A stretch of 64,000 nucleotides of DNA, taken from a virus. A model generated the notes under the pieces. That model was not told where the DNA came from, ran no database searches, and worked only from the letters and a program-made list of their open reading frames with translations. The position numbers were made by a program, and so were the translations under genes. Below are positions 1 through 10,341 of the stretch, in pieces. Location: positions 96,001 to 160,000 of the IMG/VR virus record IMGVR_UViG_3300042317_000390; one strand, 5' to 3'. Within the stretch, counting starts at the first letter, position 1. Each line of letters begins with the position of its first letter.

Positions 1-597
1 ACTGCTGCCAACAGCAGTGCAACTGTTACAGGGTCTGGAACATCTTTTACTACAGATCTAAGCCCCGGTTGGTTCATAAACGTAAGAGCTAATACGTCAT
101 TCAACGAAACCACGAGACAGATTCTATCAATTCAGAGCGATACGCAATTAACTTTAGATTTACCGTTTAATGGTAATTATACAAGTAATGTGTTCTTCTT
201 AGCGGTTCCTCCAACTACAGCTTGGTTATCATCAAATACAACTACGGCTATAACTGGAACGGTTTCCACCTATACGACCAATAATGCTATTATTGGTAGC
301 GGCACTGCCTTTACAACAGAATTGAATAGAGGTTCTATTCTATTGGTCAATAACGACGAACAAGTTGTCGTTTCGATTGCTAATGATACTTTCTTAAGCG
401 TTGGAACGCCATGGACTTCTAATAATTCTGGAGTTAGTGCTTATTCAGTAACGCCAGCTGGATTGACATACCTAAACAGCAATTTCAACTTATACTCTAC
501 CTTTAAGAGATTCCAGATTAAGATTGTTCTTCAGTCAGATGATACCTCTAAAGTTCCAGTATTAGATGATCTAAGAGTCTTAGCGTTACAACTATAA
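1..597 (+). CDS. C-terminal part of large virion structural protein (VrlC/DUF4815-like), 5'-truncated by window edge
   Basis: Frame 1 is open from base 1 to TAA 595-597; C-terminus FKRFQIKIVLQS..P.LDDLRVLAL resembles the end of the large baseplate-associated protein of cyanophage-like T4 phages. Confidence 0.6.
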   Translation, partial: TAANSSATVTGSGTSFTTDLSPGWFINVRANTSFNETTRQILSIQSDTQLTLDLPFNGNYTSNVFFLAVPPTTAWLSSNTTTAITGTVSTYTTNNAIIGSGTAFTTELNRGSILLVNNDEQVVVSIANDTFLSVGTPWTSNNSGVSAYSVTPAGLTYLNSNFNLYSTFKRFQIKIVLQSDDTSKVPVLDDLRVLALQL

Positions 598-600
598 ATA
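593..600 (+). promoter_or_regulatory. T4-type late promoter TATAAATA
   Basis: Exact gp55-dependent consensus overlapping the stop codon, upstream of the 620 ORF. Confidence 0.7.
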
Positions 601-619
601 ATAGAGTCGGAGATATTAC

Positions 620-826
620 ATGTATATCAAGACAGACGTAGAGGGTTTGGTAAAGGATTCGAAATCTGGCGCAATATTGAATGTAGATAATTCGAAATTA
701 GAAGCTTATAAAAAGCAGAAGAATTTCATGGAAAACAATATGCGCAACAGTGACAGAATCAATAAAGTTGAGAGAGATCTCAATGAAATTAAAGAAATGC
801 TAAGCCAATTATTACAGAGAAGTTAA
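620..826 (+). CDS. conserved small hypothetical protein (coiled-coil C-terminus)
   Basis: GGAG RBS; LVKD..SGAILN.D...EAY pattern typical of the small gene following VrlC-like genes. Confidence 0.7.
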   Translation: MYIKTDVEGLVKDSKSGAILNVDNSKLEAYKKQKNFMENNMRNSDRINKVERDLNEIKEMLSQLLQRS

Positions 827-829
827 TAA

Positions 830-3091
830 ATGACCGTAACAGTTGCAAATACCGCAAATAATAATACTTTCGATTATTGGCGCAATAGAACCAATGAAAT
901 AGCATATGCTTTATCAACATATGCTGTTACTGCTGGTGGTTCTAACGCAGCTGTTGGCGATGCTACTATCACTGGAATCTTTACTTCCAATAACTTAACT
1001 ACGAATACAGCCAATATCGTTTCTTCGGTTGTAATTGGTAACTCTACGATATCAACAGCTAATACAACTAGAGTTAATTCTAGTTACATATCTGTTGGTA
1101 ACACTATTACCAATACGATCATCACACCATCTGCTGTTAATACGTCTGCTACATATATTGGATCTAATCTATCGACCAATACTACAACTTTCTGGGTTGG
1201 TCCAACTACATCCAATGCTTATCTTAACAAGACAAATCTTGTAATCAACAGCCCAACTTCTAATATCGTAGTTAACGCAGCTTCGATTTACCTATCAAAT
1301 AACGATTCTCAGGCTCTATTAACGCCTCTTGATCTGACGATTGGTAATAGTATTGTTAATACAACAATTATTACAACAGGCGCTGGTGGTTTAATCGCTA
1401 ATACAACTGCTGTAAAGGTAGGCTCCAATGTTTACGTTAATACTTCAACAGTATTCGTAAGTAACAGCCTAACTAACGTTGTAATTAATACAACATCGTT
1501 TGCTCTTGGTAATAGCGTAAACACGACGATTAACTCGTCATCTATGTCTTCTTATAACGTATATCTTGGCTCAAACGTCATTGCTAATACGTCTACGTTG
1601 TTTATCGGTAATAGCACTATCTATTCAGTAACGAACTCAACCGTTACTGCTATGGGTAATTCTAGCGTTAATACAACTATCAATTCTTCTTCTATTGCTA
1701 CAACTTGGGGCTTCTATGCTAACGATACTGGAATTATCGTTCCAGGTTTAATTACAGGTACGATTAACACTCCAGCTATCGCTTTTGGTACAGGCACAAC
1801 TAATACTGTAATTAATACCACATCGTTTGTAGCATCAAACTCTACTGCTAATACAACAGTAACAGCACTAACGATTTCAACAAGAGGCTCATTAAGCGTA
1901 GCCAACGCTATAATCGAACTTGGATTAGCAGGTAGTGGTTACGCTAACGTTAAGAATGATCTTTTTGTTAGAGGTAATCTAGTTGTTAATGGTAGTTTAA
2001 CGTATACGGGTAACGCAGTTGGTGATCTAATTCCATCAACCGATAGCGTTTACAGCCTTGGTAATACATCAAATAAATGGTTTAACATTGTTGCTAACAC
2101 TCTTTATATCTCTAATAACGCAACAGTTAATAATAACCTAACAGTTACAACGTCTTTAACAGTTGGTGGTGGTACAGGTAATTCGTTTGTTAATTCAACC
2201 GCTCTAAATGTTAACGGCTATCTAATTGCCAACTCAACCGGCGCTTATGGTATTGGTACAGTTAACGCTGTATCTTATACGATTGGTTCTTCTTCGGTTT
2301 CAAATAGTTCTGGTATCTTTATTGCTAATACTACAGGAACTGTTAATACCGCTACGTTCTCTGTTGGAACTGCATTTACGGCCAATTCAACTCTAGTTAA
2401 CGCTGTAGCCATTAACGTTGTTAATCAGGTTAATACTGCTACTCTATACGCTATAACATCAGCTAATATTGCTTCTGCATTCCTAGCTAATTCTACTGGT
2501 GCTTATCACACAGGTACAATTAATGCTGCGTCTTATACAGTAGGAACTACATTTGTAGCTAACTCAAGCTTCGTTAATGCTGTAGCCCTAAATGTTGTTA
2601 ATACATTAAATGTTGGCGGAACTGCTACAAACGTATCTGCTAATTCTACATCGATTAAAATTGCTAACTCTACAACTAGCATTACTATCGTAAACCCAAC
2701 CACTTCCCAGATAGCCCAAGGAAATACCTTCCTTAACGCTAATGGATCTTGGGCAGCTCTACCAACGATTCCAATTTATAACGCTGCTATCACCACAACC
2801 GGTACATCAACGCAGCTTATTGATAGTTATTCGGTCGTTACAGGTTTTGGTGCTGAATATGTTGTTCATGTATTCGATAATAACGCCAATAACAGAACTA
2901 TGTCTAAGCTATTAACTGTTCACGATAGAGGTAATGCTTACGTTACAGAATATGCTCAGCTTGTTACGAACAACGTATTGGGTATATTCTCTGCTAATAT
3001 TGCTGCTAACCTTACGCACGTTGTATTGAACTTTACACCAGCTGGTGCGTATACTAATACAACTGTAAGATTCTTTAGGACTGCTCTATAA
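830..3091 (+). CDS. virion fibre/structural protein, N/S/T-rich
   Basis: 753 aa; N-terminal TFDYWRNRTNE anchor-like motif; repetitive beta-rich body; GDLIPSTD.VYSLG...KW fibre motif. Confidence 0.7.
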   Translation: MTVTVANTANNNTFDYWRNRTNEIAYALSTYAVTAGGSNAAVGDATITGIFTSNNLTTNTANIVSSVVIGNSTISTANTTRVNSSYISVGNTITNTIITPSAVNTSATYIGSNLSTNTTTFWVGPTTSNAYLNKTNLVINSPTSNIVVNAASIYLSNNDSQALLTPLDLTIGNSIVNTTIITTGAGGLIANTTAVKVGSNVYVNTSTVFVSNSLTNVVINTTSFALGNSVNTTINSSSMSSYNVYLGSNVIANTSTLFIGNSTIYSVTNSTVTAMGNSSVNTTINSSSIATTWGFYANDTGIIVPGLITGTINTPAIAFGTGTTNTVINTTSFVASNSTANTTVTALTISTRGSLSVANAIIELGLAGSGYANVKNDLFVRGNLVVNGSLTYTGNAVGDLIPSTDSVYSLGNTSNKWFNIVANTLYISNNATVNNNLTVTTSLTVGGGTGNSFVNSTALNVNGYLIANSTGAYGIGTVNAVSYTIGSSSVSNSSGIFIANTTGTVNTATFSVGTAFTANSTLVNAVAINVVNQVNTATLYAITSANIASAFLANSTGAYHTGTINAASYTVGTTFVANSSFVNAVALNVVNTLNVGGTATNVSANSTSIKIANSTTSITIVNPTTSQIAQGNTFLNANGSWAALPTIPIYNAAITTTGTSTQLIDSYSVVTGFGAEYVVHVFDNNANNRTMSKLLTVHDRGNAYVTEYAQLVTNNVLGIFSANIAANLTHVVLNFTPAGAYTNTTVRFFRTAL

Positions 3092-3423
3092 TGGCAACAA
3101 AAGCTAATCTAGTAATAGATCAAGGAAGTACATTTTCAGTAGATTTGGATCTCACAGATGAAAACGGTGACATCTTAAGTCTTGATGGTTTTACGGCTAA
3201 TTCTCAGTTAAGAAAATGGTATACGTCTTCAAACTCTACAGCATTTTCAACTTCTGTTAACGCAGCTTCTGGTCAAGTAACTCTAACATTAACAGCCAAT
3301 CAAACTGGTTCTTTAACTGCTGGTAGATATGTATATGATGTTGAATTAACAGAAACATCAACTAATGCTATTTCTAGAGTTGTAGAGGGTATAGTAACAG
3401 TTACACCACAAGTTACGAGATAA
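3091..3423 (+). CDS. virion adaptor protein (BppU-like Ig fold)
   Basis: NLVIDQGSTF...GRYVYDVEL...RVVEG.VTVTP.VT pattern; TAATG coupling to the upstream gene. Confidence 0.65.
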   Translation: MATKANLVIDQGSTFSVDLDLTDENGDILSLDGFTANSQLRKWYTSSNSTAFSTSVNAASGQVTLTLTANQTGSLTAGRYVYDVELTETSTNAISRVVEGIVTVTPQVTR

Positions 3424-3425
3424 TT

Positions 3426-3695
3426 ATGGTAAACGTAGTAGTATCTAGACGAAGAAATATAAAAGTTTCATCAAATTCCACTGCTGGGGTTATAGATACA
3501 ACTGTCCCTGTAACTCTAAAGAATGTACCGATAATAAGTAATGGTATCGATACCATAGACGAAATGCATGATGTTAATCTTACTCAAAGGAACGATGGCT
3601 CGACTTTAGTATATGATGAGCCTTCTGATACTTACGTTGTTAAGAAAATAGATTTTGGGGATATTGTGGGAGATCTTGATGGTGGAACCTTTTAA
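3426..3695 (+). CDS. small virion protein ending in LDGGTF
   Basis: 89-aa ORF in the fibre operon; C-terminal DGG-x-F motif shared with the next gene. Confidence 0.6.
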   Translation: MVNVVVSRRRNIKVSSNSTAGVIDTTVPVTLKNVPIISNGIDTIDEMHDVNLTQRNDGSTLVYDEPSDTYVVKKIDFGDIVGDLDGGTF

Positions 3696-3735
3696 ATAAT
3701 AAATAGATTAAAAATCTAAGGGAGCCGAGCTTAAA

Positions 3736-6573
3736 ATGGCCAATAACAGAATTCAAATTAAAAGATCAACATCTAATTCAGTCGTTACTGGTTTAAGTAA
3801 CGGCGAATTTGCGTTTACACAAGCTTCAAATACACTCTGGATTGGCCTCCCAGACGGCTCAGGTGCTTTAAGAGTTGCTGGCGCTCAATACCCAGGTGTT
3901 CTTACAGCAAACCAGGCTATGGTCGTCAATGCCACTTCAGGTATTGATAAGGTCATCGTAGCTAACGCTGTAGTTTCTACTCTTTTTGCTAATGGCTCTC
4001 CCGGCTCAAACGGTCAAGTTCTAGTCACAAACGGAACCTCAATTTATTGGGGTACAGGCACATCAGGCTCTAATACCTATATCCAGTTTAACGACTCAGG
4101 CGTTGCTAACGGCGTTCCCGGCTTCACTTTTGATAAGACATCTAATACTCTTTATGTTGGCGATGTTATTACTATTGGTACAGAGTTTATTGCGAACGAT
4201 ACCGTAATCTTCCTTGGTAATACTACATCAAACACTACGCTTGGTGCTTATAACCAACCATATCAAATAGCTTTAAAGAGCGATACAAACGTTAATACCT
4301 TCATTCTTGCAGGTAACAGTAGCGTTAATACGACATCGTTTGTAAAGGCTAATTCTACTCAATATAGTGAAATTACAAAAACGTATAATGGTACGGTATT
4401 TGGACAGGCTCAAACTTATGTAACTAAAGATCTAAGCGGTCTATATCTACAGACAAGTAATAATTCCTTTGAATTCAGTGAGATCGATCTTAACAGCACA
4501 AATGGTTATTCTCAGGTTACTGGTAAGACTTTCAATCAGTCTACAAGTAATTCATATTCTTATGAAATCTCTTCAAATACGACTACTGCTTTCCTAAGAT
4601 TATTTGACGATACAGGCGTTAATGCTAATCTAGTGGCTAATCAGAGCCAGTTAACGATTGGTAACACTTCTGTAAATGCTGCTATTAACTCATCAGCCTT
4701 CTTCGTTGTTGGTAATACGACATCTTTAGGTTCTGCTGTTTATAATTCAAACGGCGTATCTCTAGGTAATAATACAAGTACAGCTACTCCAGTTGTAAGA
4801 ATGGCTAATACTACAGGTAATACCCTATTAGGTGTTACTTCGCTAGTATTTGGTGGTAACTCTACGACTCTTGCTCCTGTAACAATTAACGGCAATGGTG
4901 CGTCGTTTGGTGATAGCACTGGTACAGCTGCTCCTCAAGTTTATATTGCTAATACAGTAGGTAATACTACAGTTTCGGTTGCGTCTATCGTAATCGGCGG
5001 TAACTCAACTACATTAGCTCCAGTTTCAATTAGCGGCAATGGCGTTGTAATCGGTAATAATACTGGAACAGCTGCTCCATCTATTAACATTGCTAATGCT
5101 TACGGTAATAGCGTATTCAACGTTAATTCTTGGTCGCTTAGTAATTCAACCGCTAATATCTTAATTGCTAATAACGGCGGTGTTTTTGCTAATAACGGTA
5201 CAGTTGTATTCGTTGGTAATAGCACGATTAACGCTACGCATAATTCGTCTGCGTTCTTTATTACTGGTAATTCTACCACACTAGCAACCGCTACGTATTG
5301 GTCAAACGGCGTTGTAATCGGCAATAATACGGTTACTGCTTCACCAACCGTATACTTTGCTAATACGACTGGTAATTCAGAGATAACAGTTTCTTCGATT
5401 AACTTTGCTGGAAATACTACAACTCTAGCTAATGTAACATTAACTGGTAATGGACTAGTTATTGGTAATACAAGCGGAATGGCTTCGCCAGTCCTCTATA
5501 TGGCCAATACAACTGAATCAATTAACGTTGGTGTTAATTATATTCAGCTAACGGGTAATGCTACTACACTAGCTCCAGTTACGATTAATGGTAACGGTGC
5601 TGTATTCGGAACAACTTCTGGTTCAGCTTCTCCTGTAATCAGCGTTGCTAATACAACTGGTAACGTCCTAATTCAGACTTATCAGATTAAGGTAAGTAAC
5701 GCATCTGCTACAGTTCTAACCGCTAATACGACAAAGATCGTATTCACTGGTGCTAACGTTGATGCTCTAGCGGCAGATCTAAAAGTTAATAATGCTGTAA
5801 TTACTAATAATCTTAACGTAAACGCTAATACCACGCTTGGTGATTCTACAGCTGATAGATTAACAGTTCCTGCTCTAGTTAGCAGTAATTTGATTCCATC
5901 TTCTAATCAGATTTATCTACTTGGTAATAATAGCCTAAGATGGGCTGAAGGTCACTTCGCTAATCTACATTCTAATACTGGTTATTTCGACGGCGATGTT
6001 CAGATCGGTGGTAGCCTTGAGGTATTCGGTAACGTTACAACTACAAATGTAACATCGGTTATTGTTTCTGATCCAATGATCTATCTCGCTGGTAATAACT
6101 ACGCTGGCGATTTAGTAGATATTGGTTTTGCTGCTAACTATTTTGATGGTACAACACAACGACATACTGGTCTATTCCGTGACGCTTCTGATGGTGGTAT
6201 CTATAAGTTATTCACAAATTCAGAGCAAGAGCTATCTGGTAATAACCTAGTTAATACCGCTGCTAATGGATTTACTCTTGCTATTCTACAGACCTATATC
6301 GATTCAGCTGGTTTCACTTCAAACGCTACATCGGTATATATTACTGCTAATAGCTCACTTAACGTTCATATCGTAGCTAATACTCTTACGCTCTCAACTG
6401 CTCTAGCAGGAACAGAAGGTGGTACAGGATATAAGGACACGATTGATCAATCAATCCTAGTTGGTAACGTAACCAATGGTTATAACAGACTAACTCTAGG
6501 CGTAAGTGGCTACGTTCTACAATCGAACGGCTCTGCTCTAGTTTATGATATTCTGGACGGTGGTTCGTTCTAA
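3736..6573 (+). CDS. tail fibre/adhesin with Mtd-N-like N-terminus and C-terminal LDGGSF
   Basis: 945 aa; IQIKRS....L..GEFA N-terminus; internal GN(S/T)TTLA repeats; D.MIYL...DIG...HTGLFRDASDG module. Confidence 0.7.
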   Translation: MANNRIQIKRSTSNSVVTGLSNGEFAFTQASNTLWIGLPDGSGALRVAGAQYPGVLTANQAMVVNATSGIDKVIVANAVVSTLFANGSPGSNGQVLVTNGTSIYWGTGTSGSNTYIQFNDSGVANGVPGFTFDKTSNTLYVGDVITIGTEFIANDTVIFLGNTTSNTTLGAYNQPYQIALKSDTNVNTFILAGNSSVNTTSFVKANSTQYSEITKTYNGTVFGQAQTYVTKDLSGLYLQTSNNSFEFSEIDLNSTNGYSQVTGKTFNQSTSNSYSYEISSNTTTAFLRLFDDTGVNANLVANQSQLTIGNTSVNAAINSSAFFVVGNTTSLGSAVYNSNGVSLGNNTSTATPVVRMANTTGNTLLGVTSLVFGGNSTTLAPVTINGNGASFGDSTGTAAPQVYIANTVGNTTVSVASIVIGGNSTTLAPVSISGNGVVIGNNTGTAAPSINIANAYGNSVFNVNSWSLSNSTANILIANNGGVFANNGTVVFVGNSTINATHNSSAFFITGNSTTLATATYWSNGVVIGNNTVTASPTVYFANTTGNSEITVSSINFAGNTTTLANVTLTGNGLVIGNTSGMASPVLYMANTTESINVGVNYIQLTGNATTLAPVTINGNGAVFGTTSGSASPVISVANTTGNVLIQTYQIKVSNASATVLTANTTKIVFTGANVDALAADLKVNNAVITNNLNVNANTTLGDSTADRLTVPALVSSNLIPSSNQIYLLGNNSLRWAEGHFANLHSNTGYFDGDVQIGGSLEVFGNVTTTNVTSVIVSDPMIYLAGNNYAGDLVDIGFAANYFDGTTQRHTGLFRDASDGGIYKLFTNSEQELSGNNLVNTAANGFTLAILQTYIDSAGFTSNATSVYITANSSLNVHIVANTLTLSTALAGTEGGTGYKDTIDQSILVGNVTNGYNRLTLGVSGYVLQSNGSALVYDILDGGSF

Positions 6574-6589
6574 TAAGGATAGATATATT

Positions 6590-7117
6590 ATGGATAATGA
6601 TGAAAAGGTAGACAATAAAGAGAATCAATACTTAACCTTATACGTTCAAAAACAAGAACAGCTTATGCTGGAATATATAAGGAAAAGTATTGATCTCGAA
6701 ATTAGATCAATGATTCTTGGTAACGTAGTTAAAGATATTTCAACTAAATACGAAGAATCACAAGATCAGATTAAAGTTCTTAATGGAAGTATGGATCAAG
6801 CAGTTAAGGGGCTAGATGCGTTAACCGTTGATAAGAAAATGTTTGAAGAGAGAGTTTCTCAATATGAGAATCGAATCAAACAACTAGAAAAAGAACTTAG
6901 TGAGACGCTTGTTGAAAAGAATCAATTTGGTAATGAGCTTTCTACTGTAAAAGGTCAGATTGACGATTATAGAAGATCTTCTGAAGAATCTAGAAGAGAA
7001 CTACAACGTCAGACCGAAGAGTTGAATAGCATTCATAGAGAAATGGAAGAACTTAGATCTATGAAAGGCTCCGATACTAAAAAGGCAGCTAAAAAAGCAT
7101 CAATTGATGAATTTTAA
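6590..7117 (+). CDS. coiled-coil protein (possible fibre assembly factor)
   Basis: Start reassigned to ATG 6590 after AAGGA RBS; E/K/Q-rich heptads. Confidence 0.6.
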   Translation: MDNDEKVDNKENQYLTLYVQKQEQLMLEYIRKSIDLEIRSMILGNVVKDISTKYEESQDQIKVLNGSMDQAVKGLDALTVDKKMFEERVSQYENRIKQLEKELSETLVEKNQFGNELSTVKGQIDDYRRSSEESRRELQRQTEELNSIHREMEELRSMKGSDTKKAAKKASIDEF

Positions 7118-7154
7118 TATACTCAGTATATACTGAGCTTTAGGAGAGCCTAGA

Positions 7155-8459
7155 ATGGCTAATACGATTTTCAAACTGCGTCGTTCAAGCGTCGCAGGTA
7201 AAGTTCCTAATACAGCTTCGCTTTCAATTGGCGAACTTGCTATCAATTTATCCGATAAAAAACTATATTCTTCTGATGGTAGTCAGATTTTTGAAACTGG
7301 TGCCAATCTAAACTCCCTAAACGTTTCCACAAATACAACTCTTAACGTAGTTAACGTTGCTTCAAACGCTACGGTCAACAATATTATTTTTACGGGCGGT
7401 ATCTTCGCAAACGGCGAGTTTGGTACATCAGGACAAGTATTATCTACAAACGGTTCTGCTGTTTACTGGGGAACCGGTGGTGGTTCAGCGAATGGTATAT
7501 TGGATGTAAGACAACAATACGTAGGCGATGGCACGTCAAATACATACATCGTAACTGGTGGATATAGACCAAACGATATATCAGTATTCATAAACGGCGT
7601 TATGCTTCGTAATGGAGTTGACGTAGACGTTACCGATGGTGGTACGTTTAGTTTTACAACTGCTCCAGTTAATGGCGCTCTAATTGACGTTGTTGGTATT
7701 GGTACGCTCTACGCTAATGGTGTATCAACAACAACGTCGCAACAATTTACTGCGAATGGTACAGCAAATAGTTTTACGATTTCTGGTGGATACGTTCCAT
7801 ATCAGATTCAAGTATATCTAAATGGTGTTAAACAGATACCAGGAACAGACGTTATTATTTCTTCTGGTAGCACTGTAGATTTTACTTCAACTCCAGCAAA
7901 TAATTTCATAGTAGATATTTTTGGTTATCAAACTTCTTTATTATTATCTATTGATACTACAGCACAGTATACATGGACCAATACTCATACATTTACGCAG
8001 ACTATAATTGGAACAGTTAATAATTCTTTATACATAGGCGGAACGTCTGCTGCTAACGTTGTTTCTAATGCACAATTACAAGCTAACCTTTCGAACTATC
8101 AGACTTCTGCCGGATTAGCCAGTAACGTTGCAATTCTAACTGCTAATAATGCCAATAATCTTCTTGGATATACATGGGCATCACCTGGTGCAATAGGGTC
8201 GGTAACAGCTAACACTGGTGCATTTACGAACGTATCTGTTAATACCACTGTTAGCATTGGAAATTCAACAGTTAATTCAACTGTTAATACATCAGTATTA
8301 CAGATTTCTAATACTACAGGAACAGCAAATATAACACCAACATCTATTTTCTTAGGGAACTCTTCAGTGAATTGTGTTATAAATAGTACGTCAGTGTATG
8401 TTAATGGCGTAGATTATAACCCAACCACAGCCCTAGCAATAGCAGTCGCATTAAGTTAA
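7155..8459 (+). CDS. fibre/baseplate-attachment protein, Mtd-N-like N-terminus
   Basis: FKLRRSSVAGKVP...L.IGELAINL.DKKLY; two GY.P..I.V..NGV domains; C-terminal ALAIAVALS. Confidence 0.7.
   Translation: MANTIFKLRRSSVAGKVPNTASLSIGELAINLSDKKLYSSDGSQIFETGANLNSLNVSTNTTLNVVNVASNATVNNIIFTGGIFANGEFGTSGQVLSTNGSAVYWGTGGGSANGILDVRQQYVGDGTSNTYIVTGGYRPNDISVFINGVMLRNGVDVDVTDGGTFSFTTAPVNGALIDVVGIGTLYANGVSTTTSQQFTANGTANSFTISGGYVPYQIQVYLNGVKQIPGTDVIISSGSTVDFTSTPANNFIVDIFGYQTSLLLSIDTTAQYTWTNTHTFTQTIIGTVNNSLYIGGTSAANVVSNAQLQANLSNYQTSAGLASNVAILTANNANNLLGYTWASPGAIGSVTANTGAFTNVSVNTTVSIGNSTVNSTVNTSVLQISNTTGTANITPTSIFLGNSSVNCVINSTSVYVNGVDYNPTTALAIAVALS
8378..8385 (+). promoter_or_regulatory. possible late promoter TATAAATA (intragenic)
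   Basis: Exact consensus about 90 nt upstream of the 8473 ORF. Confidence 0.45.
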
Positions 8460-8472
8460 GGAACTCTAGAAA

Positions 8473-8793
8473 ATGCCAGCAGCTTTTAAAAATTATCAAA
8501 GTAGGGCAGTGGGAACATCCAACACTCAGGTTGGTTCTTATTCAGTTCCTTCGTCAACAAATGCTATGATGTTGACCCTATCATTATCAAACATTACTAC
8601 ATCCCCAGTTACTGCCAATGTTTATCATAACAATGGCGCCAATAATACTTCTATTGTATCATTGGCGCCAATTCCTGTTGGTGGTTCTTTGGAAATTAAT
8701 AAAATTGCCCTTCAAACCGGTCACTCAATATATGTTGTTTCAAACACTGCGAGTAGTGTTGATGCAGTGATGAGTGTGATGGAGCTCACATGA
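8473..8793 (+). CDS. small virion adaptor protein
   Basis: 106 aa beta-rich; AAGGA RBS; ATGA overlap with the next fibre gene. Confidence 0.65.
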   Translation: MPAAFKNYQSRAVGTSNTQVGSYSVPSSTNAMMLTLSLSNITTSPVTANVYHNNGANNTSIVSLAPIPVGGSLEINKIALQTGHSIYVVSNTASSVDAVMSVMELT

Positions 8794-10019
8794 GCGGATA
8801 TATCGGTCCAAAAACAGCAGACGTTCCAGTAGGAACAATTAGCACTAAAGGAACTATTAGCGGTAACAACATTGTTATTGGTGGTGCTACTGTTAACTCC
8901 ACTGTGTTTACGGGTACTGCTAATAATTCAACTTACGCTTTTGGTAAAACAGAAGGTAATTTAAACGTAAACTCTGCTGTTTACGCTAATGGATCATATA
9001 CTAATACGTTCACGGTTGGTAATTCAAATTATTTTGTTGCTAATGGTAATGTTGGACTTAGTACAGCTACCCCTAATTTTAAATTAGACTTAAGAAATGG
9101 CAGAGCACAGTTTGCTTGTGCTAACGAAGCATTCTCTATAGGTTTAAGATATAACGAAAACACTAATGGTGTTTGGTTAGGTTCTCCATCGGCCAACGCA
9201 TTTCAAATTTCTAATGCTGGTGGTGGTGCTTTATTTAATATTACTGGTAATGGTAATGTTCTTATTCCTGCAGGTAATTTAGGAGTTGGAGTTTCTTCGC
9301 CAAATCATAGTATTGCTACTACTGTTTCGATGGCTATTACTGCTTCTGGTGGTGCTCAATATTTGCTCATGGGTAATCAAGATTCTGGTGGAGTTAATAA
9401 ACCAGGTATAATAAGAAGTTTTAATGGTGGGCAGTTTGAAATCGGTTTTGGTGATTCTTGGACAAATTCTACTGGTGGTAATTTTACTAATGTATTTGCT
9501 GTATATAGTCCCGCCGGAACAGTATGTTTAAAAGGTGGAAATACTTCTGCTGGTGGTACTGGTATTACTTTTCCTACTACACAATCTGCAAGTTCTGACG
9601 CCAATACTCTTGATGATTATGAAGAAGGTTCATGGACACCAGTATTTACTGCCGACACACCACCAACCGGTGTTACATACAGTTCTAGAATTGGTACATA
9701 TACTAAGATAGGCGATCTAGTCTATGTCAGATGTACCATTCTACTTTCAAGTAAAGGTACAGGTGGTTCAGGAACAGTCTTTATAACCGGATTACCATTC
9801 TCCGCTGCTGGTTTAGCCAACGGATATGCCTATCAAACTTTAGGTGGTTATTGTTATCCATCTTCGGGTGACACATTTACAGCCATGTATGGATGTGTTT
9901 ATGATAGTGGCTCAGCTATTATAACGTCATCGGCACCAGGCGCACTTTCTACAATAGCTTGGTCATCTTATGGCAACATTTCAAAAATTAGTTTTTCAGG
10001 CACTTATAAGATAAGTTAA
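8790..10019 (+). CDS. tail fibre / receptor-binding protein
   Basis: MSGYIG start; ANGNVG repeats; C-terminal ANTLDDYEEG.WTP...YTKIG..V...GLPF receptor-binding-type domain. Confidence 0.75.
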   Translation: MSGYIGPKTADVPVGTISTKGTISGNNIVIGGATVNSTVFTGTANNSTYAFGKTEGNLNVNSAVYANGSYTNTFTVGNSNYFVANGNVGLSTATPNFKLDLRNGRAQFACANEAFSIGLRYNENTNGVWLGSPSANAFQISNAGGGALFNITGNGNVLIPAGNLGVGVSSPNHSIATTVSMAITASGGAQYLLMGNQDSGGVNKPGIIRSFNGGQFEIGFGDSWTNSTGGNFTNVFAVYSPAGTVCLKGGNTSAGGTGITFPTTQSASSDANTLDDYEEGSWTPVFTADTPPTGVTYSSRIGTYTKIGDLVYVRCTILLSSKGTGGSGTVFITGLPFSAAGLANGYAYQTLGGYCYPSSGDTFTAMYGCVYDSGSAIITSSAPGALSTIAWSSYGNISKISFSGTYKIS

Positions 10020-10071
10020 CCCTAATTAACTACGCCGGATTAGCGTAGTCGGACACAGAAAGGTAAATAAA

Positions 10072-10338
10072 ATGGCACTAACAGAAACTAAAGTAATCGA
10101 TCAAATCACAGTCACAGAGAACGGCACCCTTCTTGTAAGAGAAGCAACAAGAGTCCTTCGTGACGGCGAACAAATCGCACAGACCTATCACCGTTGGTCT
10201 TTTGCTCCCGGTTCAGACATTTCAGAGATGCCTCAGAATGTTCAGGATATTGCTGATGTAACATGGACTCCAGAAGTCATTGCTGCTTATGAAGCACAGA
10301 TAGCAGCCAGCGTTGCAACCCCACCAGTAGCAGAGTAA
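10072..10338 (+). CDS. putative fibre chaperone/accessory protein
   Basis: 88 aa directly after a fibre gene; AAAGG RBS; ends WTPEVIAAY. Confidence 0.6.
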   Translation: MALTETKVIDQITVTENGTLLVREATRVLRDGEQIAQTYHRWSFAPGSDISEMPQNVQDIADVTWTPEVIAAYEAQIAASVATPPVAE

Positions 10339-10341
10339 TCG

